Under the pieces are notes generated by a model. The model did no database searches and was not told the origin of the DNA. It saw only the letters and a program-made list of their open reading frames with translations. Positions 18,945 to 29,061 of a stretch of DNA of 64,000 nucleotides are shown one piece after another. A program made the position numbers and the translations under genes. The stretch's first letter is position 1, and the number at the start of each line of letters is the position of its first letter. Source of the DNA: an uncultured Candidatus Entotheonella sp. (GTDB lineage Bacteria > Tectomicrobia > Entotheonellia > Entotheonellales > Entotheonellaceae); contig CBDCDA010000001.1 in assembly GCA_965215335.1 (NCBI GenBank), positions 768,001 through 832,000 of the forward strand, in the 5' to 3' direction.

Positions 18945-20160
18945 GCTGCACAGCCTGGGGGGAGGCGGGGCGCAGCGGTTTGCCCTCAGATTGGCCGAGT
19001 CGCTCATCCGGCGTGGCCACCGGGTGGACATCCTGCTGGGGCGTTTCATAGTGGCGTATCCGGGCAGTCTACCGGAGGGGATGCGGCTGTATTACCCGGG
19101 ACTCCGGAAATCGGAGCGGGAGGTGATCCGCCGCTGCCGCGAGCGCGGCGTCGAGGTGAATGGGCTGACCGTCAACCCCCTGTCAACGGCTCGGGACTGG
19201 CTGGCGCTCCGGCGCAGGCGGCGCGAAATGGACATCAGGCCCAAGGACATCCTGTTCGCTCATCTGGTCGCCGGCTATATCCGCCAGGAGCGTCCCCGGC
19301 TGCTGCTGTCAGCCGTATCAACGGCCAACTTCGCCGCCATCAATGGGGCGGAATTGATGGGAGGCTCCCTCCCCGTGGTTGTTTCAGTGAGAAGCAACGT
19401 CAGCCTGGATTACAGCGAATATGAACAACGCCTGGCGAGGGCGCTCTACCCTAGGGCCGACGCGGTGGTTGCCGTCTCCAAGGGCGTGGGCCGCGAGGTG
19501 GAGCGGTATCTGGGCGTGAAGGCTGAAAGCGTTCATACTATCTACAACCCCATACCGTCTGACACGATATGGCGGGCAGCGCAGGAGGAAGTAGCCCATC
19601 CTTGGTTTGCCGACGGCCAGCCGACGGTCATTCTGGCTGTGGGCAGAGAGGCGCCCCAAAAGGACTACCCCACGATGGTCGAGGCGTTTGGGCTGGCGCG
19701 CCGCCGGTTCACGGCGCGGCTGGTCATCATGGGCCGCCTTTCGGAGTCGTACCGGGCCGGGCTGATTGCGCGGGCGCGAAGCTTCGGTGTAGAAAAAGAC
19801 TTGGGGTTCGTGGACTTCGATGAGAACCCGTTTCGATACATGCGCCGGTCGGGGCTGTTCGCGCTTTCCTCCCTTAATGAGGGGCTACCCAACGTGCTGC
19901 TGGAAGCCTTGGCCTGCGGCACGCCCGTGGTAAGTACCGATACGCCCCACGGGCCGCGTGAGATACTCGAGGGTGGGAAATGGGGCAAGCTGACGCCGGT
20001 AGGGGACGCCCCGGCCCTGGTGCAGGCGATGGTGGAGACGCTGCAAGGCGACAGGCCACCGGAGGATGCGCTGCGCCGCCGTGCCGCCGAGTTCTCCGAG
20101 CAGCGCGCCGCCGACGCGTACCTGGAGTTGTTCAAGAAAGTGGCGGGCCAGCCCCGTTGA
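18907..20160 (+). CDS. GT4 glycosyltransferase
   Basis: SLGGGGAQR, AVGR..QKDY, EGLPNVLLEALACGTPVVST. Confidence 0.93.
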   Translation: MTVVADKLHVGLVLHSLGGGGAQRFALRLAESLIRRGHRVDILLGRFIVAYPGSLPEGMRLYYPGLRKSEREVIRRCRERGVEVNGLTVNPLSTARDWLALRRRRREMDIRPKDILFAHLVAGYIRQERPRLLLSAVSTANFAAINGAELMGGSLPVVVSVRSNVSLDYSEYEQRLARALYPRADAVVAVSKGVGREVERYLGVKAESVHTIYNPIPSDTIWRAAQEEVAHPWFADGQPTVILAVGREAPQKDYPTMVEAFGLARRRFTARLVIMGRLSESYRAGLIARARSFGVEKDLGFVDFDENPFRYMRRSGLFALSSLNEGLPNVLLEALACGTPVVSTDTPHGPREILEGGKWGKLTPVGDAPALVQAMVETLQGDRPPEDALRRRAAEFSEQRAADAYLELFKKVAGQPR

Positions 20161-20201
20161 CAGATGGTCGCCAGCCAGGACCTTTTCAAAGTCGCCGCCG
20201 A

Positions 20202-20242
20202 ACCCTTTGGCTGCGCTCAGGGTGACAATGGAAAGGCCCTGG
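20202..20242 (+). repeat. Half copy (right arm) of the palindromic repeat at 22700-22781
   Basis: ACCCTTTGGCTGCGCTCAGGGTGACAATGGAAAG vs ACCCTTCGCTTCGCTCAGGGTGACAATGGAAAG. Confidence 0.8.
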
Positions 20243-20307
20243 TCGTCAGCGCAAGGTCTATCGCGCCGAGCCGATTAGGGTGTATCATCTCCGCTAATGG
20301 CTGTGTC

Positions 20308-22710
20308 GTGAGCAGAGAGGAGTGTCTTGTTAACCGAGTAATTTTCATCGCCGAGCATGCTGTCAATCGGCGCGTCGCCGTGTTCATCATCTTGGTGGCC
20401 GCGGCGCTCCTTGCGCTGAACCTGTACGCGCCGGCAAATCCGACGGTGTTGCAGCGTCTGGCGGCCTCGCTGCTCCTGTGTCTCTGTTCGCTGCCGATGC
20501 TGATGTGGGCCTCCGGACGGGACTGGGGCCCCTCCCTGACGCCCATTATCGGTGTCACGTATGGGCTGTACTTCGGCTCGCCGGTCTTTCTGCTGCAGGA
20601 TTTTTACGGGCACTGGTTTGGAAGCTCGCGGATAGATGATTCCCTCATCAACCTGGCACTGTTTTTGGCGTTGGCCGGCTGGGTCCTGCTGCTGACCGGG
20701 TATTTCGGGTCGCACCGTCGGTGGCTGGCCGGCAAACTTCCCCGGGTCGAGGTCATCCCAGCAGAGATGCAGCGCTACGCCGCGGTACTGGCCGTCATCA
20801 TCGGCATAACTGCCGCGCCTTTCTTTTACATCCACATCGGTAACCTGGTGGCATTCTACGCCGGCAGGGACTTGTTGCCGTCGGGCACCGACTTCCCGGT
20901 CGAACTGGCCGGCGAGTGCGTCGTTCTTTCCATCCTGATTCTGTTTTGCCTGCAATTGCGAGGGCAACTGGGACTGGCCGGCAAGTCGTTCATGTGGTTG
21001 CTGGTGGCCTACTACAAGGTGCTGGGGACGAGCAGTGGCCACATACTGCACGGAATGAACGCCCTCTTGGTCCTGTTCGTGGCCTGGGCCGTCACCGCGC
21101 CCGTGCCGAGTTGGAAGGGGATGGCTTACGGAGCCCTCACGGCGGCAATCCTGCTCTTCGTGCTGCTTCCGATACGGCACGAGTTTCGTACCTTGACCTG
21201 GACGCACGGGGTTGACGCGGGCCCCCAGCAGTCCCTGCGCACCTCCACCCACGTCTTGACCCTCCCAGGCGCTTCCGGCGCGGAAACCAGCGAGCCAGTC
21301 GTCGAAACACCGGGCTACGATATATTCTACGGAGGCGGCGTCCTGACCTACTATCACAAGGAACCTGGGGCGTGCAGCGTGGAGCCGGCCGACAGTGCCA
21401 GGCGGTACTTTTTCCTGCATGTATTTCCGGTCGACAGCGCCAGCCTGCCCAGCCACCGGGCGGGTTACGGCTTTGACAGCTTCGACTTCCCTCTCGACAA
21501 AGGCGGAGTGGTGGCCGACGGGCAGTGCGTTCACCGGGTCTCACTCCCGGCCTACGCCATGGACCGCATCCGGACCGGCCTGTTCACGCGGCTCATCCCG
21601 AATGCGAGTGGGCTTCGCCGTCGGGAGAGCATGGCCCGATGGCAAAGCGAGACGCTTGCCACCTTCGTAGGCGGGTCTTACCGAAAGATCAATTCGGACG
21701 GACAGTGGCTTCTCACCACCGTGGATGCCACTTCGTGGGAGATAGACACGGAGCGGAGAGGCGCAGCGAAGCGGCGGCTGCACATCTACGAAACGGACGA
21801 AGCAGATCTGGCCGCTCTCGCCGCGGTGCAGCCGGGCGACCTGATACGGGTGGAAGTGGACGCCGACAACTGGGCCGAGTATGCGGTGAACCACACCTTG
21901 CTTCATAACGAGTTCCGGGTGATCTACCGTCTGAGGGCATTGCTCGACTATGAGGGCGACCGCTCCGCTCTACGGGAGGGCGGGGCACCGGCAACCTTCT
22001 TCTATCCGGTCTGGGGCGAGAGCGTCACGCTGCCCGTCACTGCAGCTACGGAGACGCGCGATTCGCTTGGCAGGAACCCGAATGCGCCATCCGCTGATAC
22101 GTCCCAGCATGAGAAGACGGTGCTCTATGTTCAGACCTTGGCAAGCTATATCGCCTCAGGGGCATTCCTAGGCCACTTTCACAGTTCGCTCGACGCTATG
22201 TCAGTGCGCTTGGACATGCTGCTGCCCGTCGCCTGGGTCATCGACCAGACCCCGAGGAACAAGCCGTACCTGGGCGGTGAGACCTATTACCCCATACTGT
22301 TCAAACTCATCCCCCGGTTAATCTGGGAGGGCAAGCCCAAGGAAGTAAAAGACCTGGGCCAACGTTACGGGTTTCTGCCAGAGCTCAACGAGATCAACGC
22401 CTTCAAGATACATCACGTGGGGGAGATGTACGCCAACTTCGGCGCGCTGGGCGTTCTGCTGGGGATGCTCCTGCTGGGCGCCCTGTACCGGGCGACGTAC
22501 CAGCTTTTCTTCCACGCCGGCGCCTCGGTGGTAACCATGGCCGCGGGCGCCCATATCCTGACGGTTCTGGTCGTGAATATGGAGAGCAAGGTCTCGGACG
22601 CGCTGGGTTTTATCCTCTGGTACGCTGTCCTCTTGGCGTTGCTGGGCGCCGCCGTGCGAATCGCGCTTCGCGTAAAACGCAGTATATTGTCGCCAGACCT
22701 GTCACCCTGA
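20308..22710 (+). CDS. Wzy-like polysaccharide polymerase membrane protein with a large inserted soluble region
   Basis: About 9 N-terminal TM segments, a ~330-aa hydrophilic insert, then YLGGETY..IPRLIWEGKP and GEMYANFGALG, typical of Wzy-like proteins. Start uncertain; the ORF is open from 20164, but that 5' part is repeat sequence. Confidence 0.7.
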   Translation: MSREECLVNRVIFIAEHAVNRRVAVFIILVAAALLALNLYAPANPTVLQRLAASLLLCLCSLPMLMWASGRDWGPSLTPIIGVTYGLYFGSPVFLLQDFYGHWFGSSRIDDSLINLALFLALAGWVLLLTGYFGSHRRWLAGKLPRVEVIPAEMQRYAAVLAVIIGITAAPFFYIHIGNLVAFYAGRDLLPSGTDFPVELAGECVVLSILILFCLQLRGQLGLAGKSFMWLLVAYYKVLGTSSGHILHGMNALLVLFVAWAVTAPVPSWKGMAYGALTAAILLFVLLPIRHEFRTLTWTHGVDAGPQQSLRTSTHVLTLPGASGAETSEPVVETPGYDIFYGGGVLTYYHKEPGACSVEPADSARRYFFLHVFPVDSASLPSHRAGYGFDSFDFPLDKGGVVADGQCVHRVSLPAYAMDRIRTGLFTRLIPNASGLRRRESMARWQSETLATFVGGSYRKINSDGQWLLTTVDATSWEIDTERRGAAKRRLHIYETDEADLAALAAVQPGDLIRVEVDADNWAEYAVNHTLLHNEFRVIYRLRALLDYEGDRSALREGGAPATFFYPVWGESVTLPVTAATETRDSLGRNPNAPSADTSQHEKTVLYVQTLASYIASGAFLGHFHSSLDAMSVRLDMLLPVAWVIDQTPRNKPYLGGETYYPILFKLIPRLIWEGKPKEVKDLGQRYGFLPELNEINAFKIHHVGEMYANFGALGVLLGMLLLGALYRATYQLFFHAGASVVTMAAGAHILTVLVVNMESKVSDALGFILWYAVLLALLGAAVRIALRVKRSILSPDLSP

Positions 22711-22781
22711 GCGCAGCGAAGAATCCCGGCTGCAGCGGGGAGACCCTTCGCTTCGCTCAGGGTGACAATGGAAAGACCTGG
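22700..22781. repeat. REP-like palindromic repeat
   Basis: TGTCACCCTGAGCGCAGCGAAG (22700-22721) pairs with CTTCGCTTCGCTCAGGGTGACA (22746-22767). It contains the stop codon of the upstream gene. Confidence 0.9.
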
Positions 22782-22805
22782 CAGGAAGCATGGGAAGCTC
22801 TGAGC

Positions 22806-23939
22806 ATGGCCACCCACGTAATGTTTATAATCAGCGGGCTGGAACGGGGTGGCGCCGAAAACCAGCTTGTCGGCCTTGCCAACGGACTCGCGGACCGGGG
22901 ATGGAGGGTAACCGTCCTTTCGTACCTGCCCTTCTCGGAGTGGTCGCTGCGCTCGGAACTGCGCGAGCCCGGGGTCCGGGCCGTTACCCTGAACGCGTCG
23001 AGGGGGGCGCTGAAGTACGCAAGCCTGCTCCGGGCAGCGTCGGCGGTCCGGCGAGCCAGGCCCGACCTGCTGGTCGGCTTCATGTTCCACGGCATGATGA
23101 CCTCGCGGCTTCTGGGGCGTCGCACGGGCGTGTCGTCGGCTCATAGCATATCGTTGGTTCAAAACGCCGAGCATAGGGCGACAAGGGAGCGTCTGCTGGG
23201 AATTACGGATGGACTGACGGACGCGGTGACTGTACTGTCACAGGGCATAGCGGACGAACTCTGTCGCCGGGGGGTCACGAAGCCGTCCCATACGCATATC
23301 ATACCCAACTCCATAGACATCGCCCGGTTCGAGACGGTTCGGAACCGGGAGCGTACGCGAAGAGACTTGGGCGTCTCCGAAGATCGGTTTCTATGGCTGG
23401 CGGCGGGCAGGCTCGACGTTCAGAAGGACTACCCGAACATGCTGAGTGCCTTCGCGGAGGTGTCCCGGCGGCGCCCGGAGGCATCCCTGGTTATCGCCGG
23501 AGCGGGGCCGCTGGAGAGCGAGATTCGTTCGATGATTAGGCGGCTGGGGCTGTCCGAACGTGTTCGGATGCTCGGGCTGCGTCGGGATATGCCGGAGTTG
23601 TTCGCGGCCAGCGACGCGCTGGTGTTGTCTTCGGCATGGGAAGGCATGCCCGTCGTGGTATTGGAGGCGATGGCATCACGCCGGCCTGTGGCGGCGACTT
23701 CGGTTGGCGCCGTTTCGGATATGGTCGCCGCTGGAGATATGGGCATCGTCGCACCGCCTGGGAACCATGCGGTGCTGGCCGATGGAATGGTCGGGCTGAT
23801 GGAGTTGCCGGCCGAAGCGAGGGCCGCCATGGTCGAACGAGCATACCGGCGCGTTTGCTCTGAGTTCTCATATGAAGCAGCTCTGGACCGGTGGGGAACC
23901 CTGTTCAATCAACTACTGGAAAGCAAAGAAAGAAAATGA
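22806..23939 (+). CDS. GT4 glycosyltransferase
   Basis: GLERGGAENQ, AGRLDVQKDY, EGMPVVVLEAMAS. Confidence 0.93.
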   Translation: MATHVMFIISGLERGGAENQLVGLANGLADRGWRVTVLSYLPFSEWSLRSELREPGVRAVTLNASRGALKYASLLRAASAVRRARPDLLVGFMFHGMMTSRLLGRRTGVSSAHSISLVQNAEHRATRERLLGITDGLTDAVTVLSQGIADELCRRGVTKPSHTHIIPNSIDIARFETVRNRERTRRDLGVSEDRFLWLAAGRLDVQKDYPNMLSAFAEVSRRRPEASLVIAGAGPLESEIRSMIRRLGLSERVRMLGLRRDMPELFAASDALVLSSAWEGMPVVVLEAMASRRPVAATSVGAVSDMVAAGDMGIVAPPGNHAVLADGMVGLMELPAEARAAMVERAYRRVCSEFSYEAALDRWGTLFNQLLESKERK

Positions 23940-26239
23940 GCGACTTTCCCAGGTCGGTTGCCATAACCGCCAATTCAGATGTCAACATATACCGGTTTCG
24001 CGCGCCGATCATACACAAGCTCGTGGAGATGGGCGTCATTGTGTACGCCATTGCACCGCCCGGGCGGTTCGTGGCGGACCTGGAGAGGATGGGTGCGGTG
24101 TTCATCCCCTGGAGTCTTGATCGTCGCAGCATAAATCCATTGCTCGTTGTCTGGCATATAATCCTCCTGGTGAGAATCTACTGGCGACTCAAGCCGGACC
24201 TGGCCCATCACTTCACCATCAAGCCGAACCTGTACGGCGCGATTGCGGCCCGATTGACCGGCGTCCCGGTGGTCCTCAGCGGAGTCACTGGCTTGGGCGT
24301 TATGTTTTCGGCGACTACCCATTGGCGGCGCGTCTTGCGTTCATGCACGATACTGCTGTATCGCATATCCGCAAAGCTGAGCGACTTGACGACTTTCCAG
24401 TCACAGCACGACCGCGACGTCCTGATAGGGGCGAGTCCGTTGAAAGAGAAGGGGCGGATTATCAAGGGGGGTTCCGGAATCGATCTCGTGGCTTTCAGTC
24501 CCGATGTGGTATCCATCCGTCATCGGGAGAAGATCAGGGCGGAATTAGGGATAGAGCAGGGTATGCTGGTGGTCTGCATGGCCTCGCGTCTGCTGTACGA
24601 CAAGGGTGTAGCCCAGTACATGGAAGCGGCGCGCCGGACATGGAGCAAGAGATCGGACATCTGCTTCATCCTCGCCGGTGAGCCTGACCCGGGCAATTCC
24701 AGATCGGTGACCGACAAAGACCTGGAGAACTGGGCCAGCGAGGGTTTCGTCAAGCAGGTCGGTTACCGTAACGACATCAAGGCCATATTTGCCGTGTCCG
24801 ACATAGTTGTCCACCCAACCTGCTACATGGAAGGTATACCGAGGGTTCTCATCGAAGCGGCCGCCATGGGAAAGCCGGTCGTCACTACGATGGCACCGGG
24901 CGTTGCAGAGGTAGTGGAGCACGGCGTAAACGGAGTTTGCATCCCCCCAGGTGACGAAATGGCGTTAGCCGCGGCAATCGAAAGTCTGCTGGCGGACGCC
25001 GACGTTCGCCGCCGGTACGGCACCGCCGGACGCAGAAAGGCCGAAGCCGGGTACGACGCCCGGAGTGTTGCGGACAGGCACCTTGCCGAGTACCGCCGGG
25101 TGTGGATGGATGCCGCCCCCCTCCGCAGGCGGGTGAACGCAAAGAAGTGCGCGTTCGCGCCGAGTTTGTCCGGCTCAGGGCCAAACCAATCCGGCGCGTC
25201 CGTATCGGTAATCATACCGGCGCGCAACGCGGAAGCCACGATCTCTGCCACGCTGGATTCGGTTTTGTCACAAGAGTACACGGGGCCGTTCGAGGTTATC
25301 GTGGCCGACGGCTCGGATTTTCCGGCGATGGCCGAGATGATCCGGGCGTCGTACCCGGACGTTCGCATAGTCCCCAACCCGGACAAGAGCATACCCAGCG
25401 GACTCAACCGCGCTATCAGCGAGTCGTCCGGCGAAGTCATCGTCCGCTGCGACGCTCACGCCGTGTTCCCGCCCGGATACGTCCGGCGCGCCGTCGGGGT
25501 GCTGAAGCGAACCGGCGCGGCCAACGTGGGCGGGCGGCAGCAGGCCAGAGGAATGACCTTCTTCGGCAGAGCGGTGGCGCTGGCGATGAACTCACCGCTC
25601 GGCTCGGGAGGATCTGTCTACCGTTCGAGGAGATCGACGGGGCCGGCCGACACGGTCTACCTCGGCACATGGCACCGCGACACCCTGGAAGCCCTCGGCG
25701 GATTCGATACCCGTATGATACGGAACGAAGACTACGATATCAACTGGCGGCTGCGACAGCGAGGCGGAATTGTCTGGTTCGATCCGGAGCTAGTCACCGC
25801 CTACCGCCCTCGCGAGGATATAGCGTCACTGGCACGCCAGTACTTCAATTTTGGCCGCTGGAAGTCAACGATGATAATTTTGCATCCGACGTCACTGAAG
25901 CTTCGGCACCTGGCCGCCCCCTTGCTGACGCTCGGCCTGGCGGCGTCGCTGACGCTCGGCCTGGCGGCGTCGCTGACGCTCGGCCTGGCGGCGTCGCTGA
26001 CGCTCGGCCTGGCGGCGTCGCTGACGCTCGGCCTGGCGGCGTCGCTGACGCTCGGCTACCTTGCCGTCCTTCTGCTGGGGTCGGTGGCCCTCGGGCTACG
26101 GCACATGGAGCCGGCCGCCGTCATACTCCCGGTAGTGCTGATGACGATGCACCTCAGCTGGGGAGTCGGCTTCTTTCTCCCGGCTAGGCTCAGGACCTAT
26201 AAAGGGTTATCATTGAACATATCGGATTCAAGACCCTGA
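23936..26239 (+). CDS. Fused GT4 + GT2 glycosyltransferase; C-terminal end replaced by IS sequence
   Basis: GT4 (HHFTIKPNLYG, SRLLYDKG, EGIPRVLIEAAAMG) then GT2 (VSVIIPARN, RCDAH, NEDYDINWRLR). ATGA overlap at 23936; reads into the IS at 26187. Confidence 0.9.
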   Translation: MSDFPRSVAITANSDVNIYRFRAPIIHKLVEMGVIVYAIAPPGRFVADLERMGAVFIPWSLDRRSINPLLVVWHIILLVRIYWRLKPDLAHHFTIKPNLYGAIAARLTGVPVVLSGVTGLGVMFSATTHWRRVLRSCTILLYRISAKLSDLTTFQSQHDRDVLIGASPLKEKGRIIKGGSGIDLVAFSPDVVSIRHREKIRAELGIEQGMLVVCMASRLLYDKGVAQYMEAARRTWSKRSDICFILAGEPDPGNSRSVTDKDLENWASEGFVKQVGYRNDIKAIFAVSDIVVHPTCYMEGIPRVLIEAAAMGKPVVTTMAPGVAEVVEHGVNGVCIPPGDEMALAAAIESLLADADVRRRYGTAGRRKAEAGYDARSVADRHLAEYRRVWMDAAPLRRRVNAKKCAFAPSLSGSGPNQSGASVSVIIPARNAEATISATLDSVLSQEYTGPFEVIVADGSDFPAMAEMIRASYPDVRIVPNPDKSIPSGLNRAISESSGEVIVRCDAHAVFPPGYVRRAVGVLKRTGAANVGGRQQARGMTFFGRAVALAMNSPLGSGGSVYRSRRSTGPADTVYLGTWHRDTLEALGGFDTRMIRNEDYDINWRLRQRGGIVWFDPELVTAYRPREDIASLARQYFNFGRWKSTMIILHPTSLKLRHLAAPLLTLGLAASLTLGLAASLTLGLAASLTLGLAASLTLGLAASLTLGYLAVLLLGSVALGLRHMEPAAVILPVVLMTMHLSWGVGFFLPARLRTYKGLSLNISDSRP
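25924..26056 (+). repeat. 24-bp in-frame tandem repeat, about 5.5 exact copies (LTLGLAAS)n
   Basis: Unit GCTGACGCTCGGCCTGGCGGCGTC, no spacers. Confidence 0.97.
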
Positions 26240-27023
26240 CTCCATGGGGAGGTTCATCATGCCCGATCATCACTTCTGGCTCTCCGATGCGCAGTTTGCC
26301 CGACTCCAACCCCTGCTACCCAACAAGGTGCGCGGCGTCCCGCGCGTCGATGACCGAAAGGTCATCAGCGGCATCATCCACGTCATTCGATACGGTCTGA
26401 TGTGGCGCCACGCGCCCGCCTGCTACGGTCCCCACAAGACGCTCTACAACCGCTTCGTGCGCTGGAGCAAGGCCGGTGTCTTCGACCGCATCTTCCAAAC
26501 CCTGGCCGCCGACAGCACGGCCACCGAGACCGTCATGATCGACAGCACGCATCTCAAGGCGCATCGCACCGCTGCCAGCCTGCTCGAGGGGGGGCTTTTC
26601 CGCGCCATGTCGGGCGTACCCGCGGCGGCCTCAACTCGAAACTTCACGCCGTCTGCGACGGCAAGCCCGTCGTCATGGTGTTGACTGCGGGCCGGGTCAG
26701 CGACTATCGCGGGGCGGACATGGCGCCGCCCGCATTGCCGGAGGCCGACGTGCTGATTGCCGACAAGGGTTATGACAGCAACCGGCTGCGCAAGGCGCTT
26801 GCCGAGCGCAAGATCAAGCCCTGTATTCCAGGCCGTGCCAATCGTAAAGAGCCGATTGTCTACGACACGGAGCTTTACAAGAGCCGTAATCTCATCGAGC
26901 GCCTGTTCGGTCGCCTCAAGGATTGGCGCCGTATCGCCACACGCCATGATCGCTGTGCGCACACTTTCTACAGCGCCATCTGTATTGCTGCCACGGTCAT
27001 CTTCTGGTTATGAGTCCTGAACC
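26187..27023 (+). mobile_element. IS5 family (IS427 group) element, copy 2
   Basis: Near-identical to 421-1263 in opposite orientation (6-bp in-frame deletion, a few SNPs). CTAG at 26184 and 27023. Confidence 0.95.
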
Positions 27024-27776
27024 TAGAAAGAGCCTTTCGAGAAATCGGCCTCGTTTAGCGTCAACGATTCAAGGGCATCTCTAATAATACGCATCTCTGA
27101 CTTGGTTTAGAATCACTGAAACGCGTTTACCAAGTTCCCAAAGGCCGGAGGATTGCACATGGCTCAGATGGGCTTTTTCGACGTCGAGAATCGCTATGCC
27201 GCTCTGGACGCCAAGAATGACCCCTTGGTGAAGATCAATGCCCTCGTTCCCTGGGAAACATTCCGCAGCCGCCTGGAGCAGTCTGGCGCAAGCCACCCGA
27301 CAAGCGCAAGTCCAATGCCGGATGCAAGCCCTGGGACGCTATCGTCATGTTCAAAGCCATCGTGTTGTGCGCCCTCTACAACCTGTCGGATGACCAAGTG
27401 GAATACCAGATGCGCGACCGCCTCTCCTTTGTGCGTTTCCTGGGTTTGCGCCTTGAAGACAAGGTGCCCGACGCCAGGACCGTGTGGCTCTGTCGCGAGC
27501 AGTTGTCACAGGCCGGTGTGATCGAAGCTTTGTTCAACGACTTCGACGGCTATCTCAACACCCAGGGCTATCAGGCAAGGGGCGGCCAGATCATGGATGC
27601 TTCAATTGTGGCGGTCCCCATCCAACGCAACCGTCGTGACGACAACGCCCAGATCAAGCAGGGCAGGACGCCCACGGCCTGGGCGGACAAGCCGGCCCGG
27701 CGTCGGCAGAAAGACACGGATGCGCGCTGGACGAAAAAGCACGGCAACAGTCACTACGGTTACAAGAACCACATTA

Positions 27777-29061
27777 GGAATTTGATCCAATTTAGGTTTC
27801 CAACTTCATCGTGGGTGTAACTCATAGTTCCAGTCGCCGTGGAACGCGTTGCGATGGAGCGACAGGGCGTCCATCTCGGCGTTCGTCGTCACCACTGCGG
27901 TCGGGTATGTTCTTGCGTCAAGTTCGGCTCTGACCCGAAGACCTGCGTTGGTACGCGTATTGCCGATCAAATCGACTATGGTCTCAAAGGTCCGCAACGG
28001 CCTGCCTCGCCAATTCTGCGTGATGTGGCAGAACAGACGATGCTCGATCTTGTTCCATTTGCTGGTACCGGGCGGGAAGTGGCTGACGTGGATGCGCACA
28101 CCCGTCTCGTCGGCAAACTGTTGCAGTCCGTGCTTCCAGGCGCGACAGCGATACCCGTTGCTACCGCCCGCATCGGCAGTGATGAATAGCTCACGAGCCT
28201 CGGAGTAGCGACGCTTGCCCATCTCGTCCCACCACCGCCGCAGCGAGGCCACCGCGAACGCCGGCGTGTCGTGGTCACACCCAACACTGACCCATGCTTC
28301 GTTGCCTCCCATATCATAGATGCCATAGGGAATGGCCTTGCCCGTCGCGTCCTGAGGAAAGTCGTGAACCCGTGATTGCTCGGGCTGCCCCTTCGGTTGC
28401 CACTCCCGGCCAGCGTTCTTGAAATCACCCACCAACTCCTTCTTCTTGGTGTCGACCGATACCACCGGCTGACCGCGTTGCAAAAACTCATCTGCCTTTG
28501 AATTGATATGTTCGAACTGTGCGTTGCGATCGGGGTGCGACGCCCCTTCTCGACTCTTGCGCACCGATTGCAGGCGATAGCCGAGCTCATGCAGTAAACG
28601 GCCCACCGTCGTCGAACTGACCTTCCAGCCAGCCTTCGACAGCGCCACGGTGAGCTTCGCTTTGCTCTTGCACGTCCACCTCAACGGCGACTGCGGGTCG
28701 CCGCGAGTCAACGGATCAACCAACTGCTCCAGCGCTTGCTTGATGCCCGGCTGAGACTGCTCGATGCCCGGTCGTCCAGCGCCCGGTCGGCGCACCCGGC
28801 CAAACTCAGTGCCACCACCTGCCAGCTCTCGGCGTCCCGCCCGAATGGTCGGGCGCGACAATCCTGTCGCATCCGACACCAGGGCATCTCCTCCATAGCC
28901 GATGGCACGCGACTCCGTGGCTGCCCAGATACGACGCCCACGCTCATCAAGAAACGCTTCGATCGCCGCGTACTTCTCAACAATGGTGGCTTCGAGTTCG
29001 TGATCGCGCCTCATTGAAACACAAAACTCAAAACATGAAAAACTAATTTGCGACAAATTCC
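27777..29061 (-). mobile_element. ISAzo13-family IS, apparently intact
   Basis: IRs GGAATTTGATCCAATTTAG / GGAATTTGTCGCAAATTAG; 3-bp TTA duplication. Confidence 0.93.
27806..29014 (-). CDS. ISAzo13-family transposase
   Basis: SVDTKKKELVG, ITADAGGSNG, HFPPGTSKWNKIEHRLF. Confidence 0.93.
   Translation of the reverse strand: MRRDHELEATIVEKYAAIEAFLDERGRRIWAATESRAIGYGGDALVSDATGLSRPTIRAGRRELAGGGTEFGRVRRPGAGRPGIEQSQPGIKQALEQLVDPLTRGDPQSPLRWTCKSKAKLTVALSKAGWKVSSTTVGRLLHELGYRLQSVRKSREGASHPDRNAQFEHINSKADEFLQRGQPVVSVDTKKKELVGDFKNAGREWQPKGQPEQSRVHDFPQDATGKAIPYGIYDMGGNEAWVSVGCDHDTPAFAVASLRRWWDEMGKRRYSEARELFITADAGGSNGYRCRAWKHGLQQFADETGVRIHVSHFPPGTSKWNKIEHRLFCHITQNWRGRPLRTFETIVDLIGNTRTNAGLRVRAELDARTYPTAVVTTNAEMDALSLHRNAFHGDWNYELHPR

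Noticed and set aside
20164..20307. N-terminal extension of the Wzy-like protein
   Set aside because: Largely a translation of the palindromic repeat; the start is probably downstream.
25924..26056. CRISPR array
   Set aside because: Repeats are contiguous with no spacers, in frame inside a CDS, and no cas genes are present.
421..27023. Composite transposon or inversion bounded by inverted IS427-group copies
   Set aside because: Flanks of copy 1 rejoin into one gene and flanks of copy 2 rejoin in an open frame, so these look like independent simple insertions.
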